Positions 10,759 through 21,668 of a stretch of DNA of 64,000 nucleotides are shown here, one piece after another. The stretch spans positions 14,632,001 to 14,696,000 of the forward strand of contig OX597832.1 of assembly GCA_951406725.2 (NCBI GenBank), written 5' to 3'. The translations under genes and the position numbers were made by a program. The notes beneath the pieces are model-generated. The model did not search any database, had not been told where the DNA came from, and was given only the letters and a program-made list of their open reading frames with translations. The stretch's first letter is position 1, and every line of letters begins with the position of its first letter. This DNA is from Octopus vulgaris. Taxonomy: Eukaryota.

Positions 10759-13600
10759 GTGGACAGACTCGGTAAGTAATGTCAGTTAGCGAGCTATTTC
10801 TTTTATTCGCTTTGGTAGTATTTTTGGTTAAATCACTTGTGATTCGGAAGTAAGTTGTTGTTCGTTATACATGTTGAAGTTCTCCCAAGTGTGGGACAAC
10901 CTTGGATCTGTTTAATGTGTCGAATTTTGAATTACTGTTGCTGTTTTTACCCGTTATTAAATCTTTTTTCTTCCCACCTATGTGTAAAGTGGGGAAAGAG
11001 AAGACAGATGGAACGTGACCCAGCTGGAAGTTACACATAAGCCACGATTGAAGGAGTATCTGCCAACGCCTATGACGTACGTGAAATTAAGATACAGCCC
11101 AGAAAGTGGAAAGTAGGCAGTAAATTAATAGAAAGGGAATGAGCTAGTTTGAGGCTGACTCTACCGGAAGAATTCACTGAGAGTGTAGCGAAGAATGATA
11201 GTGGTTGCCCAATAGAGTGAATAGAGGAGTGCCCCGAGAACCTAAAATGCTTAACGTATTTTATACGCGTGGAAGGAAGTACGGTACAGTGGTATTAAGT
11301 ATTGGCAACGATGCAGACGCAATAAACCACTCCACTGTGCTGATAAGGACACTGGAATGAGTACTTCAGCCGACTTACTATGGCAAACGCGTCACCAAAG
11401 TAAGAATTGGCAGAGTACGCCACATCCCGTGATTAAGGAAGCATGGCTGGTGGCAGCAGTTATGCACAGAATGGTGGATGAAGTGAAAATCTTGAAGATT
11501 ATGAGGACCAAAAAGGTTAATTGCTGGGGGTATGGTATTGAGATGGCCATACAAGTGAGCCTAAAGACATGTACGAGATGACAGAGAATATCATCCTCCA
11601 AGAAAGCGTCAGACTAAAAGTAGTAGTGGAAGGAAGACCACCAACATGTCTCATATGTTGTCAAAAGGGGAACGTGAAAGCAAGATTTCCCCAGAAAGAA
11701 AACGAAGAGGAGGGGCAGAGAAGAATAGAGTACCGACGTGGTTGTACCGGAAAGAGAGAAGGATAGAGTGGAGGAATCATTCACTGTCGTTAACAGGACG
11801 AAGAGGAAAGAACGGGTGAACTCTCCAACAGAGAGCCAGGAAAGGATGGAGATTGATATTGTTATGTTTTGGCTAGTGCAGTATTTGTTGACCCACTTTG
11901 TGGGAGTGGCGCCGGCACGTCTGGAAGAAAAGCAACAGCCCTTTGTTTACTGGAAGAGTAATGACTTTTTGGAGGGACCTTTGGCCTTGCCGGTCGATTG
12001 GGGGTCAGAGAGATGTGAGGAAGAAGGAAAGTAGTGAGAAAGATAGAGTAAGGGATCTGAGAGCTGTCATGAGAGAATGACAGCAGCAGCGCGATAGAGA
12101 TAAGCAGTTAGGGCTGAGAGCAGATAGAGAGGCTATAAGCAGTAGGGACAGATTGAGGGGTATTGATAGAGGAACAGTTGGTATTCGGTCGTCAAAGAGG
12201 ACAGTCGGATTTGGGAAGTCAGGGCAAGCGGTTGGGATTCAAGAGCTTGGCAAGTTGGAGTTAGCGGTACCGAGAGAGATGAAGTGCAATATGGGACACC
12301 GGCTATTCAATTAGGAATTACGGTATTTAATTATGTATTGATACGTGTCACGAGTTCAAGAGACAGTGAAAAGAAATGAGACAGTGGAATGAACAATGTG
12401 AACTGTATATGACTTGTCGATGTGTCGATTATCGAGTTGTGGTATTTATGTTCAGAATTGTGTTGATACATGTTACAAAAGAAAATAGAAAATAACTTTA
12501 AAAGAACTGTGAACGTTATCTGTGATGTGTTTTAAAATAGAACTGTGTTTTCGGACGTGTACCTTTGAAATGCTGATGTATTGACCTTGTTGTGTCGTTA
12601 CCGGACTGTTATATTGTTACTTGCATGTTTAAATGCTTTGATCTGTTGTATACCTGTATTGATTTGTTGTTTCCTTTAAATGCTTTGATGTTGTAACCAT
12701 TGATTGTCATAAACTAGTTGTTAAATGTAAGCCAGTTGTTGCCTCGCCGTTTTGTGTCTCTCTCGGTTGCCTCTGTATCTCTGTGCTGCTGCTGCTGTTG
12801 TTGTTGTATCTCTCCTCTCTCCTCTTTGGGTTCCGTGGCGAACTTGCCCGTTCGGGCGAGCGGCGACGGGTGATTCCGTAACAATATGAAGGAGAAAATG
12901 AACAGGTTCGAGATACCAGCAGAAACATCATCGCAACACGATGTGGAATGCTTAGACATTGAGGTTTATTTTAGTGTACCAAGAAAGTAGCCAAGTGGGA
13001 ACACTCGCACGAACAGCTCAGATCCGTCGATGAAGCAAACGGATGTTAAAAAGAAATATGTCATATGTATACATAAGCCAAAAATACAGCAATGGAGCGG
13101 AGGATCACGAAGTTAAAATCGATAAGTGTAAGGTTGTCACCGGACAAATATACAGAAGACAAGGGAATAAATATTAACGAGGAGAGATACGAGAAACTGA
13201 GAGAAATTTTCGGACGTAGTATGAACCCCTTAGGGGTTGAAATTGAATTCGACGAATTACCATAGGTCGTGGAGTATGAAGATTTGAAACCCTTAATGAA
13301 CAGTTAAAAAGAGTAATGTATGTGAACTTTTATAAAAAAAAAAGAGAGAAAAATAGACTTTTAAAATTTGTGATGCTAAAAGAAAAAAAAAAAAAGAATT
13401 TAAGCAAGATTTGTTAATTTGTATAATTTAACGTTTAAATGGTTCTGCTTGAGCAATGCAGCCATTTCATGATCATTAATTGTATTATTTTTATACATCT
13501 TTCATTTTTCACTCGTTTTATGTTTTTATCCCCACTGAGGTGTTCTGTCTGTCCTTGTGCTGTTCCATCTATGTTATGGCCTAGGAGCCAAATAAAGAAT
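10759..13600 (+). mobile_element. Decayed L1/Tx1-like element carrying only an ORF1 (gag-like, zinc knuckle), interrupted by a solo LTR
   Basis: Broken frame GRKYGTVVL…E*VLQPTYYGKRVTKVRIGRV…EAWLVAAV…LKVVVEGRPPTCLICCQKGNVKARFP (degenerate CX2CX4HX4C knuckle). It is homologous to ORF 16902-17105 and ends in a tail tgtctgtccttgtgctg…aataaagaa. The 5' boundary is uncertain and may extend to ~10230. Confidence 0.7.
11860..12883. mobile_element. Solo LTR (~1 kb) with a 4-bp TSD
   Basis: Begins TGTTATG and ends CGTAACA (TG…CA with a short terminal inverted repeat), flanked by ATAT at 11856-11859 and 12884-12887. Removing it rejoins the host frame …ERMEID|MKEKMNR. Confidence 0.85.
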
Positions 13601-13696
13601 TACAGTCGGCGGGCTAAGCTGTTCGTCTCAGTAATGCAGACGACGAAATACGTCGTCATAATGTAGGACATATCAAATAATAATAATAATGATAAT

Positions 13697-14072
13697 AAAT
13701 TCCCTGCTGAAATAATAGGATGTTGATTTTATGGCTTCTGATATTTACTCATGGGATGTTTTATCATGTACAAGTTTTGTCTTGATATATAAAGATGGGC
13801 TATAGCAAATATTCTATTTAATACGACAGACTTGCTTGTCAGTTCCTTGATCTTAACTGTGTCCTTTAGCGGATGAGAATATGTACTTCTCTGATCAAGC
13901 GCATGAATAACTAGGGAACATCATAGCTATGTGTTGAGATAGAATATTTGTGGTTTGAACAATTCATGTCTGGAAACATGGGTGTTTCGCTTATCATCCT
14001 TAAACAACCTTTATTTATGGGCCATTTGAGAGGATGGTTACGCCACCTGAAAAAAATATAAACTGCTCCCCA
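13697..14072 (+). mobile_element. Non-coding interspersed repeat adjoining (TAA)n; truncated, diverged copy of 50627-51166 in opposite orientation
   Basis: ttttatcatgtaca…aaagatgggctatagcaaatattct…tctggaaacatgggtgtttc…taaacaacc is the reverse complement of 50870-51130. Confidence 0.8.
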
Positions 14073-14089
14073 CATGACGAGTAGACACA

Positions 14090-15400
14090 TCAATTATGGA
14101 CAATAAAACACAAGGGACCAGTAAGGTCTGGAACAATGTCGTGTATACAAATACTGGCCATAGACCATAGCAGTTAACTTCCCAGGTCAAAGGGAAGGAG
14201 GCGAAATCCAACTCCATACCCAATACACCACGCTCTGAATATTTTGCTGAAGTGGCGCTAAAATTCCGTTCACATCTCCTTCGATTCGTATAGCATGCAC
14301 CTGCCCTGACCCGTCAAAGACCTGATTGTGCCTGTGTTGCCACGTTACACTTTTCTCACGAAGGCCTCTAGAACGGATTTCGTCCCCTCACATCTAAGCG
14401 CACGCACCCTAGCGATGACAATGCAACTTTCGTGCTTAGCATTGAGGAATTGATCAAGTTCCAATATCGTCATCAGCATGTCAGTCGCTATGTCTCTCCA
14501 AAGTTCCTCTTCTTACTTGCAAGCCAGCTCTCCCGTTATCTTAGATTCTTGTAAATCTATTTCTTTACTAAATTCTCTCGTCTCTACTCTGATGACACTT
14601 CCCAGGGATATCCACCGACGTTGTTGACGCTTGCACCAGATTACTTCCGATGGACTACCTTGCTACCATTCGGTCTCAGAATGGTTGACAAACCAGACGC
14701 ACTGAGCTTCCAGTACCCGGGCTATTGCCAATAGATCAGAAATGTGTGGTCTGTGTAACCGACCACTATCTAATGGCCTACAGAATATCCTGTCTATGAA
14801 CGGTATGGAAAACACGATACTATTTGCTCATGTTCACATTGGCGAACTCGGGAAATCTAGTCAGTATCTGAAGCCTATTGAAAGTTATTGAACAAGTATG
14901 TGAGGCTTTTGTATCCCCTAACTCTATCGGTTAGTCCCACCCTACCCAGGCGTGCATGCAAACTGGCGTTCGAATCTACACACTAGAACCACAGATTATG
15001 ACGCCCCAAAAAAGCCTACAGACGTCTGAAGAATATGCCTGCTCTGCTCTAGTCATAATGTACATAGTAATTTGCATAAAAGCACCACATTCGTTATTGC
15101 TCACATCCACAACTACGAAATTACCCTCTGGACTCAGGAAGATCGTCCTAACGTCAAGATCTCGCCTTTTCCTAAACAACAGTGCCACCACGCATTCCGT
15201 TCCAAGGCGATTGAGAGATCTGTGGATCTCAAAACCGTCAGAAATGGAGGCTAGACTACGTGTTTCGGAAATGCTGATTTCGCTGAGAGCCGTCAAGCCC
15301 ATGGCTAGTGACATAAGGTAGTTAAGGTGGCACCTTTGCTTCCAGTGTGACACCAGACTAAGATTATTTACACAGTCCACTTTAATTATCAACATGCCGA
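14090..15400 (-). mobile_element. L1/Tx1-like ORF2 remnant: APE endonuclease and following linker
   Basis: ORF 14976-15395 reads IKVDCVNN…ALSE…LLFRK…VRTIFLSPEGNFVVVDV. After frameshifts it continues FFRRL*AFLG…DSNA (GDFN-like), FIDRIFCR and DQFLNAKHESCIVIARVRALRCEG, which is the L1-clade endonuclease layout. Confidence 0.8.
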
Positions 15401-15567
15401 ACGAAAAGAGTTGTGAGAAAGAGAAAGAGCTGCTGTACCCTTCCGGCGTCTTTGGCAGCCATATGAACTGGCTTGCAGATCTAGTTAGAGTTTCTCGGGA
15501 AACCCCTTCAAAAATTTAATGGCGGCCGTTATGTTGATGGTTCTAATTCATGCGAGAATATCATTCA

Positions 15568-16220
15568 GAAGACTGAATATATAAACAAGTGCCTGTCCAA
15601 CAGTGATTGCATCATCCATACTCTCAACAATGCGCCCTTAAATATGGTTTCTGATTACAAATATCTTGGGTCATACATATCATCATCTGGAAAAGATGTT
15701 CTAACTAGAAAGGGTATGGCCTGGTCAGCCTGTAATGACATGCATAAGATCTGGTCATCAAATCTAAGTAGAGACTTCAAAGTTGAAATCTTCAAATCCA
15801 CAGTCGAACCAATTCTACTATATGGCTCAGAAACCTGGACGTTATCAAAGAAGCTTGAGAGGCCGTTGGACGGAACCTACAGTCGCCTCCTAATGAGAGC
15901 TCAAAATCTCTCGTGGAAGCGCCATCCAACCAAAATGCAAATATATGGGAAACTACCACCTGTGTCATTGCTTGTGAAAGGTAGGAGAGTCCAGTTTGCT
16001 GGACATTGTTGTAGAGCTGAAAACGAGGCAATTTCTACTCTTCTCTGGAAGCCATCTACTCGTAATACCAGAGGGCGCACACTCTCCTACCCTGATGTAT
16101 TCTCCAGGGTTACAGGCATCCAGCAACAGGACCTCCGTAATGCCATGATGGACCGTGAAGTCTGGCGTTGCATGGTAAATTCCATTGTCTCGACCAAGGT
16201 CGATCAATGATGTTGATGAT
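15568..16220 (+). mobile_element. 5'-truncated RTE-clade LINE (C-terminal RT region) nested in the Tx1-like element
   Basis: ORF 15644-16210 contains YKYLGSYI…IFKSTVEPILLYGSETWTL…RRVQFAGHC…AMMDREVWR, preceded by KTEY and followed by a short (TGA)n-like tail. Confidence 0.9.
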
Positions 16221-16619
16221 ACGCAAAAGCAGCAGCCCTTCTAGAACTTTAAGAATGTCGGTGTCATAAATTGTTCCCCCTTCTTCAATCACTTTATTTC
16301 GAGCTATGAGTGTCACGGCATCTTTATTTGTCCCCATCGATAACAGGAAATATTGAATCTGTGAATTTATGAGTTCATCTGAAAATAATTGGGGGCGGTG
16401 ACAGGTTAGATTGTGGCTGTGTTGGTTGTGCTGCGGGTGATAACTTTTCACTTTTTAGCGATTTTGGAGCTGGAGGGGTTGTTGGCTGTTACACTGTGTT
16501 TACAACGCACGCTTTTTCTGCGTTTTTCAATGTGTAATTCCGTGTCAAGCATCATGATTTTGATTTTTTTAGGATTTTGCAGTTCTTCTTCCTCTTCCCT
16601 GCAAGATGTGTATGTATCA

Positions 16620-16855
16620 TTTTATTTATTTATTACACACAAGGGGCTAAACATAGAGGGGGACAAAAAAGGACAGACACACGGATTAAGTCGATTACAT
16701 CGACTCCAGGGCGTAATTGGTACTTAATTTATCGGCATCGAAAAGATGAAAGGCAAAGTCAACCTTGGCGGAATTTGAACTCAGAACGTAACAGCAGACG
16801 AAATACCGCTTAGCACTTCGCCCGACGTGCTAACGTTTCTGCCAGCTCGTCGCCT
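16620..16855 (-). mobile_element. SINE family 2, full length, 14-bp TSD with one mismatch
   Basis: Head ggcgacgagctggcagaaacgttagc…gagttcaaattcc (A/B box-like). TSD atgtgtatgtatca (16606-16619) / atgtgtatttatca (16858-16871). Confidence 0.92.
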
Positions 16856-17412
16856 CTATGTGTATTTATCAGTGTCAGATTAGTCCGCCCCTTCTTGACC
16901 TCTAGACACCCAGGAGATTGTCCCTTTCATTGATTACCACACAAGCAAGTACCCACCACAAATCTAGTTCTAGTTTCAGCCCCTTCATGGTAATCTTTAT
17001 CGCAGTTCTTCCCATATGTGTAGGGAAGAGCACAAATTCCTCGCTGCAACAGACGGCCACCGTTTTAGATAACATTTCAACCGCACCGAACTGCTTTCGG
17101 CTCAATATATGAACAATATCCTGCTATGGATCATGTAGGGCCCTTTCTATTTAGGTGCTTGTTGCCGTTTGAAGCCATGTGAATTTAAGGCTAATACAGC
17201 GTTATGCCACTATTTTTCTGGTTGTATCTTCTAACGATTCAGTTGATAGAGACAGCTCTGCCCTTCTCTTAATATTTTTTTCTTAATTCAGCTGCGTTCG
17301 TCAATTTAGAGGCTTTGTCCTCTAGGGAGAAGACAGTGTGCTCTTATGAGGCAGCGGTGGCAGCAGAAGAAGCATTATTATTGTTGCTGATGATAGAGTT
17401 TGAGCCGCTTTC

Positions 17413-17449
17413 GCTGTTGCTGCTGCTGCGGCTACTGTTGCTGCTGCTG

Positions 17450-17509
<60 letters not shown>

Positions 17510-17537
17510 TTACTATTACTACTACTACTACTACTAT

Positions 17538-17575
<38 letters not shown>

Positions 17576-17594
17576 TTACTACTACTACTACTAT

Positions 17595-17632
<38 letters not shown>

Positions 17633-17679
17633 TTACTACTACTACTACTATTACTACTACTATTACTACTACTACTACA

Positions 17680-17737
<58 letters not shown>

Positions 17738-17747
17738 TTACTACTAT

Positions 17748-17792
<45 letters not shown>
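17413..17792. repeat. (CTG)n/(CTA)n microsatellite, ~380 bp
   Basis: Directly visible. Confidence 0.97.
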
Positions 17793-17940
17793 ATTTTCCT
17801 ATAACCACTTCGCTTCCACTAGCATCGTAGCTCTTGCCGCTATAGCTTGAGATGCTGGCAATGCTATCGTTACTTCTATAGCTGTCGCTGCCTCTGCTGC
17901 TATGCTTCACGCTTTCAATGTCCATGCTGTCGCCACATCG

Positions 17941-17971
<31 letters not shown>

Positions 17972-18422
17972 TCGCTTCTTCTGTCGGTGTTGCTACTGCT
18001 GCTATTGTTTTCGCAATCACTCTTACTACAACCAACACCTTCCTTCTCTTGACAGGGTAGATCTTTGTGTGTTCCTATCTCTTTTGTCTCTTCTCCTTCA
18101 CCTGAATTTTTTTTTATGCGTGTGCGAAAAGGAACGATAGGGAAGACTTCAACAGAAAGAAGTCTCGCGCGAAGGAAACGATTTTTCTTTCAACTGTTTC
18201 AATGTGGACATCGCCGTCAAGGCAAGCAATTTACCGGAGGGACGATTATTTACCACTTACGGGGCCAAACAACCACAGGTAACCCAGTAAGAGGTCTCTG
18301 GTGTGTTTTGTAACAAACTGGACAAGATATCCAACAAACGAACAGCACAAAACGGGTGTAAACAATGAACATGCTGAGGACTTATATAGAGCGTTCAAAA
18401 GTAGGTCCGACGTAATCCACCT

Positions 18423-18443
18423 ATAATAATAATGATGATGATG

Positions 18444-18501
<58 letters not shown>

Positions 18502-18579
18502 GAAGAAGAAGAAGAAGAAGAAGAAGAGGTAGACGTAGTAGGAGAAGAAGTAGGAGGAGGAGAAGAAGAAGAAGAAGAA
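18423..18579. repeat. Compound (TAA)n-(GAA)n microsatellite
   Basis: Directly visible. Confidence 0.95.
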
Positions 18580-18624
18580 TACCCCGGCTCCGAAGGTTGT
18601 AGTGTTATGTTTTATGCGTGGTCC

Positions 18625-18718
18625 ATAAATTAAGTACCAGTTGCGTACTGGGATCGATCTAATCGATTTGCCCTCTCTCCACAAAAAATTCAGGACTTGT
18701 GCATATAGTAGTAAAATA
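18625..18718 (+). mobile_element. 3' fragment of SINE family 2 (alternative tail B)
   Basis: ataaattaagtaccagttgcgtactgggatcgatctaatcga core followed by …aaaaattcaggacttgtgcatatagtag. Confidence 0.7.
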
Positions 18719-18879
18719 TATTGCGACAGTTACAGAATATAGAAAGCAATGTAAATCAGATAAAAATATAATGCAACCTCACTTGCGCAACAATAAACAT
18801 AATTACTATTTATATTTTTTTTAGAATGTCCATAATCAGAGAACACTCTTGGTATAGTGGGTCGGAATGTTATTCTCGT

Positions 18880-19115
18880 ACTCTTTTACTCGTTACAGTC
18901 ATTTTATGCTGGCCATGCTGGAACATCAATCTTTAGTCGAAGAAATTGACCCTGGACTTATTTCCTGTAAGATTTGTGCTTATTCTCTCTGTCTCTTCTA
19001 CTGAACAGCTAAGTTACAGGGACGCCAACACACCAACATAGGCTGTCAAGCAATAGTTGTTGTGGAGACAAACACAGACAGATACGCACACACATAAATA
19101 TATACATATATACAT
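18880..19115 (-). mobile_element. 3' half of SINE family 1
   Basis: Aligns with 200-420 (tactcttttact…ggccatgctgga…ctttagtcga…gctaagttacagggacg…tgtcaag…gacaaacacagaca). Confidence 0.85.
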
Positions 19116-19429
19116 ACATACATATGTGTGTGTGTGTATGTGTGTGCGTGTGTGTGTGATGCATGTTGCTGGTAAGCCGAGAGAGATCCAGCTTTGTTTC
19201 TCATATTTACTATGTACAGCTGCTTCTACCCTTGATTCATGTCTTCTCGATTCTGTTGATTTCTATCTCTCTTATTTTCAAAATACACTTCACTGTGGTC
19301 CTGGTACACTTGTTCTATCCTTTGCTGACTTCGTTTCCTCTCTGTCTCTTCCTCGCACGATTTTGAGGCAAGTTACAATCCCTAGAAGGGACAGAAATAA
19401 CGAATACAGTCTTAATCAAGCAAATTGAA

Positions 19430-20101
19430 AAGGAAGGGTAGAAATATCTTAGTGTGCTAGAGCTCAACGAGATAATGGAAAAAGAAATGGAAGAACATCT
19501 TTGGTTGGAGTATTTCCGAAGTTTGAGCTGCTGTTGCGCTCAAAATTTACTGGACGGAATAAATTCCAAACACTTAATACGTGGGCGATGATATCACTTC
19601 GATATGGATCGGGAATTATAAGATAGCAAAGGAGAGATATTAAGAAAATTAACATCAAAACAAGAAAAATGTTAACAGTACACGGAGTATTTCACCGATA
19701 GGCGGTACTTGTCCAGAAGAAGAGGTGGGACAGGTTTTATCAGTTGCCAGGACTGTATCGAAGCAGAGGAACACAGCCTAGTGACAACGGAATCATTTTC
19801 AAAGAAGAAAACATACACAACTATGACAACTATAAGTGGGAAATATAAATTTTGTGGTCAATGAAGAGAGAAAACAAGATACCACTAGTAATTGTTGCAC
19901 TTGGAAGTATCAGCAATCAACTAGTAACATGCCTGAAAATGATCGGTGCAAGTGTAAAGGGAGAACTCTTCAAAAGTCAGCATTGCTTGGAACTGCAAGG
20001 ATTCTTAGCATGGTTCTTGAAAAATCACCAGTAAACAAATGTCACCTGTGGACAGCTGCCACATTCGATCATACCCACAAAAATAAGCTGTGATCTTTCA
20101 T
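19430..20101 (+). mobile_element. Decayed, internally deleted R4/Dong-like non-LTR retrotransposon 3' part
   Basis: Translates EG*KYLSVLELNEIMEKEM, LRSKFTGRNKFQTLNTWAMISLRYGSGII, KINIKTRKMLTVHGVFH, LSRRRGGTGFISCQDCIEAEEHSL, IPLVIVALGSI and LQKSALLGTARILSMVLE. These are hallmark R4/Dong RT-thumb and REL-domain C-terminal segments. A (TAA)n array follows directly. Confidence 0.85.
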
Positions 20102-20510
<409 letters not shown>

Positions 20511-21534
20511 ATGAAGTGAACTAGAACAAGCGCACGCGATTATTATTGTGAAAAACCACCTCACCCCAATATACAATGCGCATACGTACATACATATTCA
20601 TTCACACGCACACAAACTCAGTCGCGCAGATGTACATGTGCAGTGACTATCACATGGTGCTATCTGTTAGTGGGCTGTAAACGTCGTTAATTTCGTCTTC
20701 GTGCCGTACTGACTGTAGGAAACTACAAAACGAGAAATATTTATTGCTGGATTAGACGACATAACAGTAAACGCCAGAACAGTACAATGAAAAAATGTAA
20801 TTAAAAAGCTTCGGTGCATAAATGTCATGTGCAGTTATATCAAAATAAGGAGTGACGTTGATCAAGGCAAAACGTATTTCATCTACAATTCAGACAAAAA
20901 CCCCAAAACATATAAAATTACTTCCGTAGCTAAGATGCAGGACAATTAATTCTTCATCGTATATAACAGATCGGAGATATATATGAAGCCATTACATTTG
21001 AACATCGGAAGAAACTGAAAATTTTAAGATCGCTTGTGCAATAAATCTCATGTCTTCTTTCCAATGCAAGGACAAATCAATTTCTGGAAATGTTCATCCA
21101 TCTCTAATGATCGTTTTCTGCCACACGTCCAAGTATTTAGTATTTAGTTGTGAAAATGACCTGAATATTTGACTGAACAATGAACTGGTGCTCAGTAGAC
21201 AGGTATTGAATTTTTTCCTAGTTTCATGAATACAATAATTTTCGCTGGCCATAATTGAATTTAAAAACAGGAAAAAATATCGTAGAAAATTTTATCTGAC
21301 AAACGTATATTTTGTATATGCATCGGTAATTAAGACGTATGAATTCAATTCCATACATAAGAAGTACGGCAAAAATCTTGTAGAGGGGACCATATATACA
21401 TAAATATATCCAATACATAACTAGGTCGGTTATAAGCAATAAATGGCAAAGTTGATGTGGCCTAATTTCAGCTTGATGATCGGGAATAGGTATTGGTTTT
21501 AATTTTATGCACGCAGCCAGCATTTTAGTGGAAG

Positions 21535-21668
21535 GGTGCCAGGCGATTATACCAATCCCAGTACTCAACTGGTACATATATTATTGACACGGAAATGATG
21601 AAAAGCCAAACCAACATCGACAGGATTTGAACACAAAACGTAAAGACAGATGAAATGCCACTCTGTAT
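21535..21668 (-). mobile_element. Degenerate SINE family 2 fragment
   Basis: cccagtactcaactggtac…gatgaaaagccaa…ggatttgaacacaaaacgtaaagacagatgaaatgcc. Confidence 0.6.

Larger units (their letters stand above)
16225..18420 (-). mobile_element. 5' region and ORF1 remnant of the same minus-strand Tx1-like LINE
   Basis: ORF 16902-17105 (RKQFGAVE…EFVLFPTHMGRTAIKITMKG…LWWVLACV) is homologous to the ORF1 remnant at 11270-11470 and lies upstream of the endonuclease in the same orientation. The 5' limit is uncertain. Confidence 0.6.
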
